From NCBI GenBank assembly GCA_045535455.1, contig JAZSLQ010000089.1:1-59250 (forward strand): DNA of 59,250 nt, read 5' to 3'. A program made the position numbers and the translations under genes. This document shows positions 26,405-36,522 of this stretch, in pieces. The DNA is from Kiritimatiellia bacterium (lineage in GTDB: Bacteria; Verrucomicrobiota; Kiritimatiellia; RFP12; UBA1067). Position 1 is the stretch's first letter. Each line of letters begins with the position of its first letter. The notes beneath the pieces were generated by a model that saw nothing but the letters and a program-made list of their open reading frames with translations, was not told the origin of the DNA and made no database searches.

Positions 26405-27727
26405 ATGGCGACATTTCAGTATATAGCTAAGGATGCGTCGGGCAACGAGACGCGCGGGCAGATCGAGGCCGGAGACCGCAATTCCGCCATCGCGGCGGTT
26501 CGCGCACAGGGTCTTTTCCCGACGGCGCTTGGCGAGGTAAAGCGCGCGGCTTCAACGCCTGCGGCGGCTCCGAAGAAAGCGCCCAAGAGGGGCGGGCCCG
26601 CTCCCGCGCCAGCGGCAAAGAAAGGTGGTCTCCACAAGGAAATCAACATCAAGCTGCCGAACTGGATGCGCGGCAAGATCAAGACGAAGGTCCTCACCCA
26701 GTTCACGCGCCAGCTTGCGACGCTCGTGAACGCCGGGCTTCCGCTAATGCGCGGCATCGAGGTGCTGAAGCGCCAGATGAAGGACGCGCAGATGAAGGAC
26801 GCCCTCGAGGGCATCGGGGAGAACATCTCCGCCGGCGGCACGTTCTCCGAGTCGTTGACGGCCTATCCCAAGATCTTCGACAACCTTTACATCAACATGG
26901 TCAAGGCCGGCGAGGCGGGCGGCGTTCTCGAAGTCGTTCTCGGCCGTCTTGCGGAGTTCGCCGAGAAGAGCGAGAAGATCAAGAACAAGGTCAAGGGCGC
27001 GATGATCTACCCGGTCGTCGTCCTCCTTGCCGCCATCGGCATAACGGCGTTCCTCCTTATCGTGGTCATTCCGAAGTTCAAGCAGGTGTTCAACGACATG
27101 CTTGGCGGCGCCGAGCTCCCCGCGGTCACGCAGTTCGTCATCAACGCCTCCGAGTGGGTGCAGCACAACTACATCACGATCGGCATCGGCGTCGTAGTGC
27201 TCGTCGTCCTCAAGAAGATCGTCGGAAAGACCGAGAAGGGTGCGACGGCGTTCGACTGGCTTTCGCTCAGGATACCAGTGACCGGCACGCTCGTGCAGCG
27301 CACCGCCGTCTCGCGCGTGACGCGCACGCTCGGCACGCTCCTTTCCTCCGGCGTCCCGATCCTCCAGTCTCTCATGATCGTGCGCGACACAACAGGCAAC
27401 AGAATCGTTTCGAACGCTCTCCAGAGCGTCCACGACGCGGTGAAGGAGGGCGAAGGCATGACAGCGCCCCTCTCGCAGTGCTGGGTGTTCCCGCCGATGG
27501 TCGTCTCGATGGTCGAGGTCGGCGAGGAGACAGGCGCACTCGCCGAGATGCTTACGCGAATCGCGAACACCTACGACGACGAGGTGGACAACGCTGTCGC
27601 CGGCATGACGGCCGCGATCGAGCCTGCGCTCATCATCGTCCTTGCAGTTGTCGTCGGCACGATCGTCGTCGCCATGTTCCTGCCGATGATCAAGATCATC
27701 TCGTCTGTTTCGGGAGGGGCCGCATGA
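26405..27727 (+). CDS. pilC: Type IV pilus/T2SS platform protein (PilC/GspF family)
   Basis: 'FTRQLATLVNAGLPL', 'GEAGGVL', 'AMIYP', 'VGEETG' and 'IEPALI' motifs. Confidence 0.93.
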   Translation: MATFQYIAKDASGNETRGQIEAGDRNSAIAAVRAQGLFPTALGEVKRAASTPAAAPKKAPKRGGPAPAPAAKKGGLHKEINIKLPNWMRGKIKTKVLTQFTRQLATLVNAGLPLMRGIEVLKRQMKDAQMKDALEGIGENISAGGTFSESLTAYPKIFDNLYINMVKAGEAGGVLEVVLGRLAEFAEKSEKIKNKVKGAMIYPVVVLLAAIGITAFLLIVVIPKFKQVFNDMLGGAELPAVTQFVINASEWVQHNYITIGIGVVVLVVLKKIVGKTEKGATAFDWLSLRIPVTGTLVQRTAVSRVTRTLGTLLSSGVPILQSLMIVRDTTGNRIVSNALQSVHDAVKEGEGMTAPLSQCWVFPPMVVSMVEVGEETGALAEMLTRIANTYDDEVDNAVAGMTAAIEPALIIVLAVVVGTIVVAMFLPMIKIISSVSGGAA

Positions 27728-28887
27728 CGAAGCGGGGCTTTACGCTCATCGAGCTCATGATCGTCATTGCCGTCCTCGTGACGCTGATGACGATCACGTT
27801 CCGCATCATGAACTCGGTATCCGACACCGAGGCGCGCACGATGACTATATCTCGAATGCAGCGTCTTGAGAACTGTCTTTCCGGCTTTCACGCGGCGTTT
27901 GGTTGCTATCCCCCCGTGAAACTCCACGGCAACCGCAGCTTCAGGGACCAGGAAGAGACGATCAACTGGGGGAACGAGTCCGAGGCATGGCGTTGGGTGC
28001 GTGCCGTCTGCCGTTCTCAGCCGGTCGGCTGTCGCTTCCCGTTCCCCGAGGGCATGTCTAATTACATACGCGAATTGAGCGACCTCATCGCGCAGGCCGC
28101 CTCCTCGGGCGATTACGACGAGGTGTTCAGCAGCCAGACCATGAAGGAATGGGCGGCCGCGGGCTTTTCCTCCGCCGGCGACAGTTCCGTCGAAGACCGG
28201 CTTTCCGCCAAGAAGGACGAAGTCCTGTGGAGCGAAATCAAGCTGTTCCAGTACGGCGTAATGAGCTATCTCCTGCCGCGCTACTTTGTCATGATGGGCG
28301 GCAGTGAAAAGTATTTCGAGGCCGGTGGCTATGCTCAGTGGACGAAGAACAACCAGAAACCGAGCGATCCCTTCACTGGCGCCACGACGGAGTGGACAAC
28401 CGTGTACACCTGGGCCGAGGAACAGCGCAACGGCAACAAGAGCGAAAACGTCGTCAAACTCCAGATGATGCCTTCCCAGTCGGCCTGTGCGCGGTGGCTG
28501 CCGAACCTCGAGGGCATCTGCAGGTGCGACACCGACCTGCATCCGTTTGGCGTCCACATCAAGAGCGGTTATTGGCGCGACAGGGGCATCTTCGACAACA
28601 TGGCGATTGAAGCCCTCGCTCCGGCGCTCTACGAGGCGTGCTTCACGCCTGACGGTAACGGTTCCTACAGGGACCAGTACATACTCGACGAAGTGACAGT
28701 TCAGGACGGCTGGGGTCACGAGTTCTACTACTACTCCCGCTCCCCGTACCAGAGCTACACCCTTTGGAGCGCAGGTCCCGACGGCAAGACGTTCCCGCCG
28801 TGGATCGCGCGCGACAAGTTGTCGGGACAGGAACTCGACAAGGCGGCGAAGTGGACCAAGGACGACATAGCCCACATGAGCAACTAA
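27724..28887 (+). CDS. Prepilin-like protein (class III signal), large
   Basis: 'MTKRG|FTLIELM'; GspG-like C-terminus 'DGWGHEFYY...WSAGPDG'. ATG overlaps the pilC stop. Confidence 0.88.
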   Translation: MTKRGFTLIELMIVIAVLVTLMTITFRIMNSVSDTEARTMTISRMQRLENCLSGFHAAFGCYPPVKLHGNRSFRDQEETINWGNESEAWRWVRAVCRSQPVGCRFPFPEGMSNYIRELSDLIAQAASSGDYDEVFSSQTMKEWAAAGFSSAGDSSVEDRLSAKKDEVLWSEIKLFQYGVMSYLLPRYFVMMGGSEKYFEAGGYAQWTKNNQKPSDPFTGATTEWTTVYTWAEEQRNGNKSENVVKLQMMPSQSACARWLPNLEGICRCDTDLHPFGVHIKSGYWRDRGIFDNMAIEALAPALYEACFTPDGNGSYRDQYILDEVTVQDGWGHEFYYYSRSPYQSYTLWSAGPDGKTFPPWIARDKLSGQELDKAAKWTKDDIAHMSN

Positions 28888-28889
28888 CA

Positions 28890-29510
28890 ATGAAAAGACG
28901 CGGATTTACACTTATCGAAATGCTCGTCGTGATAGGGATAATCGCGACGCTGATGGGCGTCATGCTTGCGTCCGTCACGAAATTCATCAAGTCGGCGGAG
29001 AAGACCCGTTGCCAGGAACTCGTCGCCAACACGGCGACGGCGCTCACGGCCCTCTATCAGAAGGAAGGGTCGTGGCCAAGGGCACTCATAAAGGGGCACA
29101 ACGGGGACCATCTCCTTGACGAGAACGCGGCCCTTCCGCTCGCGAAGGGCAAGTACATGACTCTGACGCAGAATAGCGCAGGGACCCGGCTTTCCGGCTA
29201 CGACCGCTTTGGCGTCATATCCCCCTGGGCGTTCACAGTCCTCAAGAACCACGGCACGTCTGCCTCGCTTTCGACGAAGGTGCCGAGTGGCGGCACCATT
29301 CAGGACCACGTCCTTCGCTACGCGCTCGACCTCGACGGCGACGGCGTGATAGAGGGAGTTCCGGTCGGCGGCGAGAGCATCGACGTCCGGGCCACAGCGG
29401 TCGTTTGGTGCTGCGGCAAGGACGGAAAGTTCGAGAACTATGAGACCGGCCTAAAGAAAGACGACGTCTACAGCTGGACCTATGGCCAGACGAGGGAGGT
29501 GCAGAAGTGA
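28890..29510 (+). CDS. Prepilin-like protein
   Basis: 'MKRRG|FTLIEML' followed by a hydrophobic helix. Confidence 0.88.
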   Translation: MKRRGFTLIEMLVVIGIIATLMGVMLASVTKFIKSAEKTRCQELVANTATALTALYQKEGSWPRALIKGHNGDHLLDENAALPLAKGKYMTLTQNSAGTRLSGYDRFGVISPWAFTVLKNHGTSASLSTKVPSGGTIQDHVLRYALDLDGDGVIEGVPVGGESIDVRATAVVWCCGKDGKFENYETGLKKDDVYSWTYGQTREVQK

Positions 29511-30112
29511 GGCGCGGCTTCACCATCATCGAGCTCGTGATGGTAGTCGCGATAATGGGGATTCTCCTCGGCATCGTGACGACGGCCGCTTCCGGCGCCA
29601 TCAGGCAGGCGCGCATCAGGAAGGCAGAGGCCTGCTGCAAGGTGGTTCAGGCCGCTTTCGAGACGTACTATGCGCAGAAGGGCGAGTGGCCTGGCGGCAT
29701 AGAGTCTAAGATAACGGGCGACAAGGCGAACAGCGAAGGCAAGGAGTATCGCTCGGACTCCGATGTCTACGTGCTTGATCCGGGAGACGTCGACGACATG
29801 ATGCGCGACATCCTGCGGGAGTACAAGAACGGCAATCCCTGCCTCGACATTTCGGGGCTTTTCGTATCGCGCTATCAGGGGAACAAGGGAACTCGCAACC
29901 TCGGGCTCGACTTCATGACGGCCATAAGGGGAACGAAGCAGGATGCGAACGGCCAGAAGATGACTACGGCCCAGATGCACTTCGGCTACCCCGAGTCGGA
30001 TCATGGCTACTTTCGGCACTTCAAGGTGATCTACTCAAAGCCCACGGATCAGATGAAGGTGGGGAAGCATAATAATGACTGGGGCCATGCGCCCGAGGGG
30101 TGTTGCCAATGA
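29507..30112 (+). CDS. Prepilin-like protein
   Basis: 'MRRG|FTIIELV'; GTGA overlap with the upstream stop. Confidence 0.88.
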   Translation: MRRGFTIIELVMVVAIMGILLGIVTTAASGAIRQARIRKAEACCKVVQAAFETYYAQKGEWPGGIESKITGDKANSEGKEYRSDSDVYVLDPGDVDDMMRDILREYKNGNPCLDISGLFVSRYQGNKGTRNLGLDFMTAIRGTKQDANGQKMTTAQMHFGYPESDHGYFRHFKVIYSKPTDQMKVGKHNNDWGHAPEGCCQ

Positions 30113-30981
30113 TGAGGAGAAGCGCATTTACCCTGGTAGAGCTGCTCATGGTCATGATGATCATGGGGCTCCTCGGCACGCTCACCGTTGGCGGCTATCG
30201 CGCCATGCAGCGCGGCATGGAGGAACGCGGCGTGATGGAGAACGTCAACCACTTCATCCGCGCGGCGTACCGCCGCGCTCAGATTGACCGCCAGCCCGTC
30301 GCCATCTACTTTTGGAACGAGACCCTCCGCGAGGAAACCGACACGGAGCCGATGATCGTCGTCGGCAAGGCCGTGGCCGTGCGCCGCGCCGGGCGCATTT
30401 CGCGGTTTTTCGACCCGTATCTCTATGACGAGTTTGGCGATCTCGACAAGGAGCGCCTCGTGGAAAGCGCGGAGGACGAGGATGACGAGAACGTCAACAG
30501 CGGATCAACCGAGAACGACAATCTCGTGCCGCTCTACAAGATGAACTCGAAGACGAGCAACGGGCGCTCGCTCGTCAGCCAGACTACAAAGAACGTGACG
30601 GACCAAAACCGCGACATATTGCGTCCAGCAAAGGATAGTGATCAGTTCGAGATACCGTGCTATGCCTATGTGCTCAAGGACGCCGGGACTGCCGGCAAGT
30701 GGCACAGAGGCGACGCCTACGGCCTCGAGTTTGCGGAGATACAGCTTCCCCATGGCTATCTCTTCGGCAGTACCTACAAAAAGCGCCCGCAGGACAAGAT
30801 ATCGGCTGGCGACTACACGACGATGTGGTTCGACATTAGCATCAACTCCGGCTCTGGTTCGGACGAGGGTGCAACCGGGATGTCGACGATTCAAATATAC
30901 AGTCTTCGTCCTGGGAAGTCTGGCGAGCTCGAGGCCCAGCCGGTTGCGACAACTGACAAGCCCACGGAGGGTATGCATTGA
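30109..30981 (+). CDS. Prepilin-like protein, GspH/FimU-like
   Basis: 'RRSA|FTLVELL'; 'FIRAAYRRAQIDRQPVAIYF' resembles the GspH/FimT pattern. Confidence 0.85.
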   Translation: MMRRSAFTLVELLMVMMIMGLLGTLTVGGYRAMQRGMEERGVMENVNHFIRAAYRRAQIDRQPVAIYFWNETLREETDTEPMIVVGKAVAVRRAGRISRFFDPYLYDEFGDLDKERLVESAEDEDDENVNSGSTENDNLVPLYKMNSKTSNGRSLVSQTTKNVTDQNRDILRPAKDSDQFEIPCYAYVLKDAGTAGKWHRGDAYGLEFAEIQLPHGYLFGSTYKKRPQDKISAGDYTTMWFDISINSGSGSDEGATGMSTIQIYSLRPGKSGELEAQPVATTDKPTEGMH

Positions 30982-31517
30982 TGAAGAAGGCGTTTACGCT
31001 TATCGAGGTCAATCTCGCCATCATGGTGATGGCGGTGGGCGTCCTTGGCATCATTTCGCTCTATGCCTTTGGCTTTCGAGAAGAGCGTCAGAGCCGCGAG
31101 GACGTCGCTTCCGCCGCCTATGCCGACGCCGTGATGGGGCCGCTTGTCACTGCGCTTACGGCGACGAACGTCAAGTGGTCGGTGTTCAGCAAGATTCCCA
31201 ACTCCCCGGGCGAGCAGGGCTGGGGGCATTACCTTCAGAACCGCTCCACCGGCAGGGTCGTGTCCGACCCGGAAAGTCTTGCGCAATCGGCGTATACGCG
31301 TACCATTTCGTCGCTCAACCTCGGGGGCGGCTTTCCGTCCGGCTTTCAGGTGACGAAGCAGAAGGCGGGCAACCTAAAGGCGGCGCTCGTTGTGATGCAC
31401 GACGAGAACAGCGCGATCGTGCGCATATCTTTCAGGGCGGCCACGAAGGCGAACCTCCTCTTCTCTGCGCCGCTCTACTACACCGAGGCGAGGTTCCAGG
31501 GGGTCATGGACGAATGA
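30981..31517 (+). CDS. Prepilin-like protein, GspI/PilV-like
   Basis: 'MKKA|FTLIEVNLAIMVMAVGVLGI'. Confidence 0.85.
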   Translation: MKKAFTLIEVNLAIMVMAVGVLGIISLYAFGFREERQSREDVASAAYADAVMGPLVTALTATNVKWSVFSKIPNSPGEQGWGHYLQNRSTGRVVSDPESLAQSAYTRTISSLNLGGGFPSGFQVTKQKAGNLKAALVVMHDENSAIVRISFRAATKANLLFSAPLYYTEARFQGVMDE

Positions 31518-32023
31518 AACGCGGTTTCACCATACTTGAGCTTCTTGTCGCGGCACTCCTGCTTGGAATGCTTGTGACAGTGCTCACCATGATCTTCAAC
31601 CAGTCGTCCATCGCCTGGCGCACCGGCGTCGCCGGGCTTCTTGACATGGACGAGGTCCGTGACAATGTCGCGGCCGTGCGAGACGAGGCCGACAGCATAT
31701 ACATCTGGAACAACGAGATCCACCGTACACTCTCGATCTGGAAGGAGAGCGGGACAGGCGCTCGGCCTCAGCTCAGGAAGCGCGCCATCGACTCGACGGA
31801 CAACGCCGACGTAGAAGAGCGCGCGAAGGTGCAGTACCTGAAGGGCAAGAGCGAACTGAAGAGGGATGATCTCGAGCCAAAGGACGCGTTCGGCCCGGTC
31901 GACGTCAAGCAAAGCGAATCGGAGGCCGGCAAGAACTGGATCGTGAACGTAAAGAGCCGTGGGCCCAACGGCGTCTTGAACGACTACGACGACATTTGGA
32001 GCAATCCCGATGACTTTGAATGA
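31514..32023 (+). CDS. Prepilin-like protein, GspJ/PilW-like
   Basis: 'MKRG|FTILELLVA...FNQSSIAWR'. ATG 31514 overlaps the upstream stop; the track start of 30638 is spurious. Confidence 0.85.
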   Translation: MKRGFTILELLVAALLLGMLVTVLTMIFNQSSIAWRTGVAGLLDMDEVRDNVAAVRDEADSIYIWNNEIHRTLSIWKESGTGARPQLRKRAIDSTDNADVEERAKVQYLKGKSELKRDDLEPKDAFGPVDVKQSESEAGKNWIVNVKSRGPNGVLNDYDDIWSNPDDFE

Positions 32024-32468
32024 GAGAGGTTTTACGCTTGTCGAGTTGATTGTCGTGATCGCAATGATTGCGATATTCATGGCTTCCGTCGGCACGGCGG
32101 TCGGCAAGACGGCGGAGCGTGCCCGCATCGAGAAGGCGAGAAGCGACGTAAAGGTCATTTCCCAGGCGATTCTCGCGTGGGAGAACTACTCGCGCAACGG
32201 GAAGCACGAACTGAGGGAGATGAACGACGAGGAGGCCGATTCTTCCTCCCTCGCGTTTCTGCTCGGGCAGGGCGAGAGCGCCACGTCCGGCAAGATACCG
32301 GAACTCCTGGCGGCCCAGCTTGCCGGCGGGAAGATGCGCGACCCGTGGAGCAGACCATACGTCGTGCGCATCAAGGAGGGCAAGATTAACCGCCCAGAGA
32401 ACCTCGACCTCGGGACCTGCTACTATCTGCCGAACTTCTATCGACTTTCAGGGGAGGAACGCAGATGA
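32010..32468 (+). CDS. Prepilin-like protein, GspG-like
   Basis: 'NERG|FTLVELI'; 'RDPWSRPY' motif. Confidence 0.85.
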   Translation: MTLNERGFTLVELIVVIAMIAIFMASVGTAVGKTAERARIEKARSDVKVISQAILAWENYSRNGKHELREMNDEEADSSSLAFLLGQGESATSGKIPELLAAQLAGGKMRDPWSRPYVVRIKEGKINRPENLDLGTCYYLPNFYRLSGEERR

Positions 32469-35400
32469 ACAGAAGGGGATCAGCGCTTCTTATCGTGCTC
32501 GGCGTTCTTTCGTTCCTCGTCGTTTCGGCGGTCGCCTTCTCCGCGTTCATGCGCCGCGCGCGCCTGCCGTCGAGCTATCTGAGGCGCTCCGTAGCTGCGA
32601 GAGAGCTTGCGAAGGGCGCTCTTGCCCGCGCTATCGACGAGATAGACAGGGCCATCGCCGACGATGTCCATCCCGGCATAGGAAGCAGGCCGTCGAACAG
32701 GTGGCGCAACCGCGTGTTCTTCAAGGACGGCAGTGAACAGGACGTCTCCCAGACCGCTCCGACCTTGACGTTCGAAGGGCTCGCCTACATTCCGCCGCCG
32801 CTTGTCAACGAGGCGCGCTACTGGTCGCGCAAGACCCCTACCGCCGTGTGGAGCGCGTTCGGATACGACACGGGGCGCTATGCATATTGCGCTCTCGACG
32901 TCTCCGACTACTTCGACGTGAACCGCCTAGTTGCCGACTATCCGCGTTCCTCGTCCGCGAATCGCCGCATTACGGCCGCACACCTCTTCGAGGACGTCAA
33001 CCACAGGAGTGCGCCGTCCGGCGCCGATGCATGGGATACGTTCATGGAGCAGTTCCGCGATATCGACGAAGACTCGCTTGAGATAACCTTTGACTCCAAC
33101 TCGAAGATGCCGCTTGTGTCAGTTGCCGATTTCAACCTCGCCCTTGGCGACAAGAGTTCGATCGGCAAGATGAAGAGCCCCTTCGTTGAGTATCTGAAGA
33201 AGGAGGGCACCTTCTATGATGGAGACCCTGCTCAGCTTGAGGCCTATGCCGCGATGACGTTCGTGACCGACGGATGGTTCCCGAGGGGCAAGAAGACGGT
33301 CGCCAGCGGCTCGTCTGGCGCCACCGCCGCCATTGAGACGTATGACCTCTCCGACAGCCGCTACCAGCCGTATCAGATGAACATGCTTGCCAAGGACAGG
33401 CTCAAGTTGTCGCAGGCCATCCTCGGCACGGGCCTTAATACGCAGGGCGGCAAGAGCGACCTATGGCTCGAGCGACTGGCGGGACTCGGCTGTGCGGCGC
33501 TTGCCGACTACCTTGATGCCGACCGCACGCCGATTTCGCTTGCTGTCCCGACGACCGAACGCGTGCCTATGATCTGCGGCATAAGCCCCCAACTCGGCGA
33601 CTCGAAGTTCCGGCTGCGAGTACAGGGCATCGATGGCGAGCCGACCGAGACGGTCAGGGAAAGCGGAACCAGCCGAACGGTAACGCAGACCGTCACTTGG
33701 AAGATCGATGCCGCCGAGATTGCCCGGGCGTTCATGCAGGGGCATGTCCAGGCACTTGTGGTCTATCCGTTCTTGCACAAGGAGGAGAACGAGCCGCAGT
33801 TCGAGGTCGATGGGCAGTTCTCCCTCTTTTTCAGCTCGACCGACATCAAGCTTCGCACGAGCGCACGCGACGTTTTGCACCTTGCCCAGCGACAGATTGC
33901 GGACTCGGCCATCGATTCGGCTAACGGTGTCATCCGCGTGAAGCTTCCGCAGGGCAATCCTGCCATGAAGACGCTCTCGTCCGGCATAGCGGAGACGCAG
34001 GAGGACGCCGTCTGGGACAGTGCGGTTTCATTGTCGCTTGACGGCGGCTCTGGGCTTGCGAACGAGTTGAACAATGCTGGGCGCGAATTTCTGAAGATAA
34101 CATATACCTGGAAGCAGACTCGTGAGGATGAGGATCAACCCTGGACGCCTTCGCTCCAGACGCTGATGCAGACGGATGTGTCGGGAAATCCCGAAGTCAC
34201 CGTCGAGGCATCCTGCGGACTTCCCGCGCTGAAGGCCGACGGCACGGTTGACCCGGAGTTTACCACTGGTCTTTCCCAGTGGATTAAAAAACCAAACTTG
34301 TCGAAGGCAATCAAGCTTAATGCCGCTGTGTGGCTTCGCGTCGTCAACAAGACCGACAACAAGGTCGTCGACCTCGTTCCGGCCTGCATCTCTGACGACC
34401 GTACCCAGAACAGCATTAACGACCCAGATACGCGCGTGGAGATTATCGGCGCCGATGAGTTTGCCGGAAAGCCATTCCCTGTAATGCGCTTTGACATGGG
34501 CGTTGAGCTTGATTTTGGCGTGCAGAAACTTCTGTCGTTTGCGGGCGACGGCGGGGAGCCGCCTGACCTGCAGGCATCTCCGAAGTCCGTCATGGTAGCA
34601 GACCCGCGCTTCAACTACGCTCCGGAGCATTGGTTCAAGTCCGAATCAGAGAACCTGACAGCACAGGATTGGACGAGCGCTCTCAAGGATGGCGGTTATC
34701 TGGACGGCGATCACGACGGTGACATGTTCCTCGCAACGAGCGACGCCGGATACCTTCAGTCGATCTACGAGCTTGCGTTCCTGCCGCGCCTTACGAATCT
34801 CAGGACCACTGGCAGTTCGTCCACCTCTGGAAATCTGCGGCCGCCGGGGGCTGGAAATCCGACGACTTTCGCGGCAAGAGGGTCTGAGCCGAATCGCGAG
34901 TTCATGTGGACCAGTTACGACCCGATCGATATCGACGAGGCCGCTTTCAACGATCTGCCGTTCACGAGCGAGGGGACGGGGATGAAGGTGAACCCCTATT
35001 CCGACTCGACGAATGTCCTCATGGCGGCGTTTGCCAACACGCCGATCGACTGGCGCCGCGCCTCAACGAACGTTATGGAAGGCGCGACCGACTATGCGTC
35101 GATGTCCGTCGCGGACTTCAACAAGAAGTACGCCTGGAACGAATATTCCGAAGGTGGCAAGTTCGCGTGGGAAGATCTTCAGAAGGTGGCAGGGCACTTC
35201 ATGTGGCGCATGCGAAATTCGGGGAACCAGAGCTGGCAGACTGTATGGAACGACATCGACTGGTATGGGCTTTGCAGCGACGGCAAGGTGTTCGCCTCCG
35301 GCGGCGGGCAGGACATGCAGATCACCGGCAACACCGATGAGCTCTGGGACGTTGACCGCAAGTTCCTCTATGGCTACTGGCGCGACTGCTTCGCGGCGAA

Positions 35401-35590
35401 GCAGCAGCTGTTCCTTATATTTGTCCGCGCGGAGCCGCTGATGCTCGGCGGAGGCACGGCGGACCAGTTGCCGCCGCAGCTTGGCGCACGCGCCGTTGCG
35501 CTCGTCTGGCGCGATCCCACGACGTCCAGCGGGACGACCGGCGGATATCCGCACCGCACGCGACTTCTCTTCTACCGTCCACTCGACTGA
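32465..35590 (+). CDS. Large PilX/GspK-like pilin-associated protein (1041 aa)
   Basis: 'MNRRG|SALLIVLGVL' prepilin-like N-terminus lacking Glu5, at the distal end of the minor-pilin set. Confidence 0.8.
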   Translation: MNRRGSALLIVLGVLSFLVVSAVAFSAFMRRARLPSSYLRRSVAARELAKGALARAIDEIDRAIADDVHPGIGSRPSNRWRNRVFFKDGSEQDVSQTAPTLTFEGLAYIPPPLVNEARYWSRKTPTAVWSAFGYDTGRYAYCALDVSDYFDVNRLVADYPRSSSANRRITAAHLFEDVNHRSAPSGADAWDTFMEQFRDIDEDSLEITFDSNSKMPLVSVADFNLALGDKSSIGKMKSPFVEYLKKEGTFYDGDPAQLEAYAAMTFVTDGWFPRGKKTVASGSSGATAAIETYDLSDSRYQPYQMNMLAKDRLKLSQAILGTGLNTQGGKSDLWLERLAGLGCAALADYLDADRTPISLAVPTTERVPMICGISPQLGDSKFRLRVQGIDGEPTETVRESGTSRTVTQTVTWKIDAAEIARAFMQGHVQALVVYPFLHKEENEPQFEVDGQFSLFFSSTDIKLRTSARDVLHLAQRQIADSAIDSANGVIRVKLPQGNPAMKTLSSGIAETQEDAVWDSAVSLSLDGGSGLANELNNAGREFLKITYTWKQTREDEDQPWTPSLQTLMQTDVSGNPEVTVEASCGLPALKADGTVDPEFTTGLSQWIKKPNLSKAIKLNAAVWLRVVNKTDNKVVDLVPACISDDRTQNSINDPDTRVEIIGADEFAGKPFPVMRFDMGVELDFGVQKLLSFAGDGGEPPDLQASPKSVMVADPRFNYAPEHWFKSESENLTAQDWTSALKDGGYLDGDHDGDMFLATSDAGYLQSIYELAFLPRLTNLRTTGSSSTSGNLRPPGAGNPTTFAARGSEPNREFMWTSYDPIDIDEAAFNDLPFTSEGTGMKVNPYSDSTNVLMAAFANTPIDWRRASTNVMEGATDYASMSVADFNKKYAWNEYSEGGKFAWEDLQKVAGHFMWRMRNSGNQSWQTVWNDIDWYGLCSDGKVFASGGGQDMQITGNTDELWDVDRKFLYGYWRDCFAAKQQLFLIFVRAEPLMLGGGTADQLPPQLGARAVALVWRDPTTSSGTTGGYPHRTRLLFYRPLD

Positions 35591-35597
35591 CAGCGAT

Positions 35598-36518
35598 ATG
35601 AAAAAGGCATTCACTCTAATAGAACTCCTCGTAGTCATTGGCATCCTCGCCATCCTCATAGCCATCCTCGTCTCGACTATATCGAATGGCACGGAGGCCG
35701 CTCGCGCGGCGCGTTGTCTTACAAACCTTAAGAACCTGGCGAACGCCTGCAACTCGTATGCGATGGCGCATCAGTACTATCCGCTTGCCGGCTCGGTCGA
35801 GACGCGCTCTCTCGACAGGAGCAGCGGTACCTCCGGGGAAATCAGGCAGAAATACGCTGAAGTGCCTGGCTGGCTCAGTTGGAATTCACGCGGCGCCTAC
35901 GAGGGCAAGACGACCTCGCACGTCGCGAGCGGCGGCTGGTTCACTTCTTCGTACAACCAGGATTACGACACTCGCCAGTACGCCCTCACTAACGGCGCAT
36001 TGTGGAGGTACGTCTCCGAGAACGCGGATGTGTTTGTGTGTCCCGCGCATCTCAAGGCGATGCGTCTCCAGAGGCCGCTGTGGAGCTATGTGATGAACGA
36101 GCGCTTTGGCTACGACAATTCGCAAGGTTCGCAGGCAAAGCTCTACAGCCCCCACGTTGGCTACGGTCACCTTTCCCGCCCCGACCGTGTTCTCATGTTC
36201 GCGGAGATGCAGTTCCTTGCGAACGACAAAGTAGATGTGAACGCCGACGCCGGCTCCGGCATAAGGAACGACTGCACGCTCCAGTACAACCACAACGAGG
36301 TGATCGGCTTCAACCATCCTAACGGAAAGCGCGGGCTTTCCGCCAACATCGTGTTCGCGGACGGGCACATAGAGAAACTTGTCATTCCGGCCTCGCCTAC
36401 AAGTGACAAGTGGGCTGTCGCAATCAGCAGAGGCGAGCTTGAGGACTTGACGGAATGGCTTTGCAAGGGCGAGGACGTGTTCTTCAACGGCGCAAAATAC
36501 GAAAAGCGCACGGACTGA
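35598..36518 (+). CDS. Prepilin-type protein with an H-X9-DG-like C-terminal motif
   Basis: 'MKKA|FTLIELLVVIGILAILIAIL', 'CLTNLKNL', 'FVCPAH' and 'NHPNGKRGLSANIVFADGH'. Confidence 0.88.
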   Translation: MKKAFTLIELLVVIGILAILIAILVSTISNGTEAARAARCLTNLKNLANACNSYAMAHQYYPLAGSVETRSLDRSSGTSGEIRQKYAEVPGWLSWNSRGAYEGKTTSHVASGGWFTSSYNQDYDTRQYALTNGALWRYVSENADVFVCPAHLKAMRLQRPLWSYVMNERFGYDNSQGSQAKLYSPHVGYGHLSRPDRVLMFAEMQFLANDKVDVNADAGSGIRNDCTLQYNHNEVIGFNHPNGKRGLSANIVFADGHIEKLVIPASPTSDKWAVAISRGELEDLTEWLCKGEDVFFNGAKYEKRTD

Positions 36519-36522
36519 CGCA

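Noticed and set aside
26540-26640. Ala/Pro/Lys-rich stretch in PilC as a repeat insertion
   Set aside because: No DNA-level periodicity; consistent with an ordinary flexible linker.
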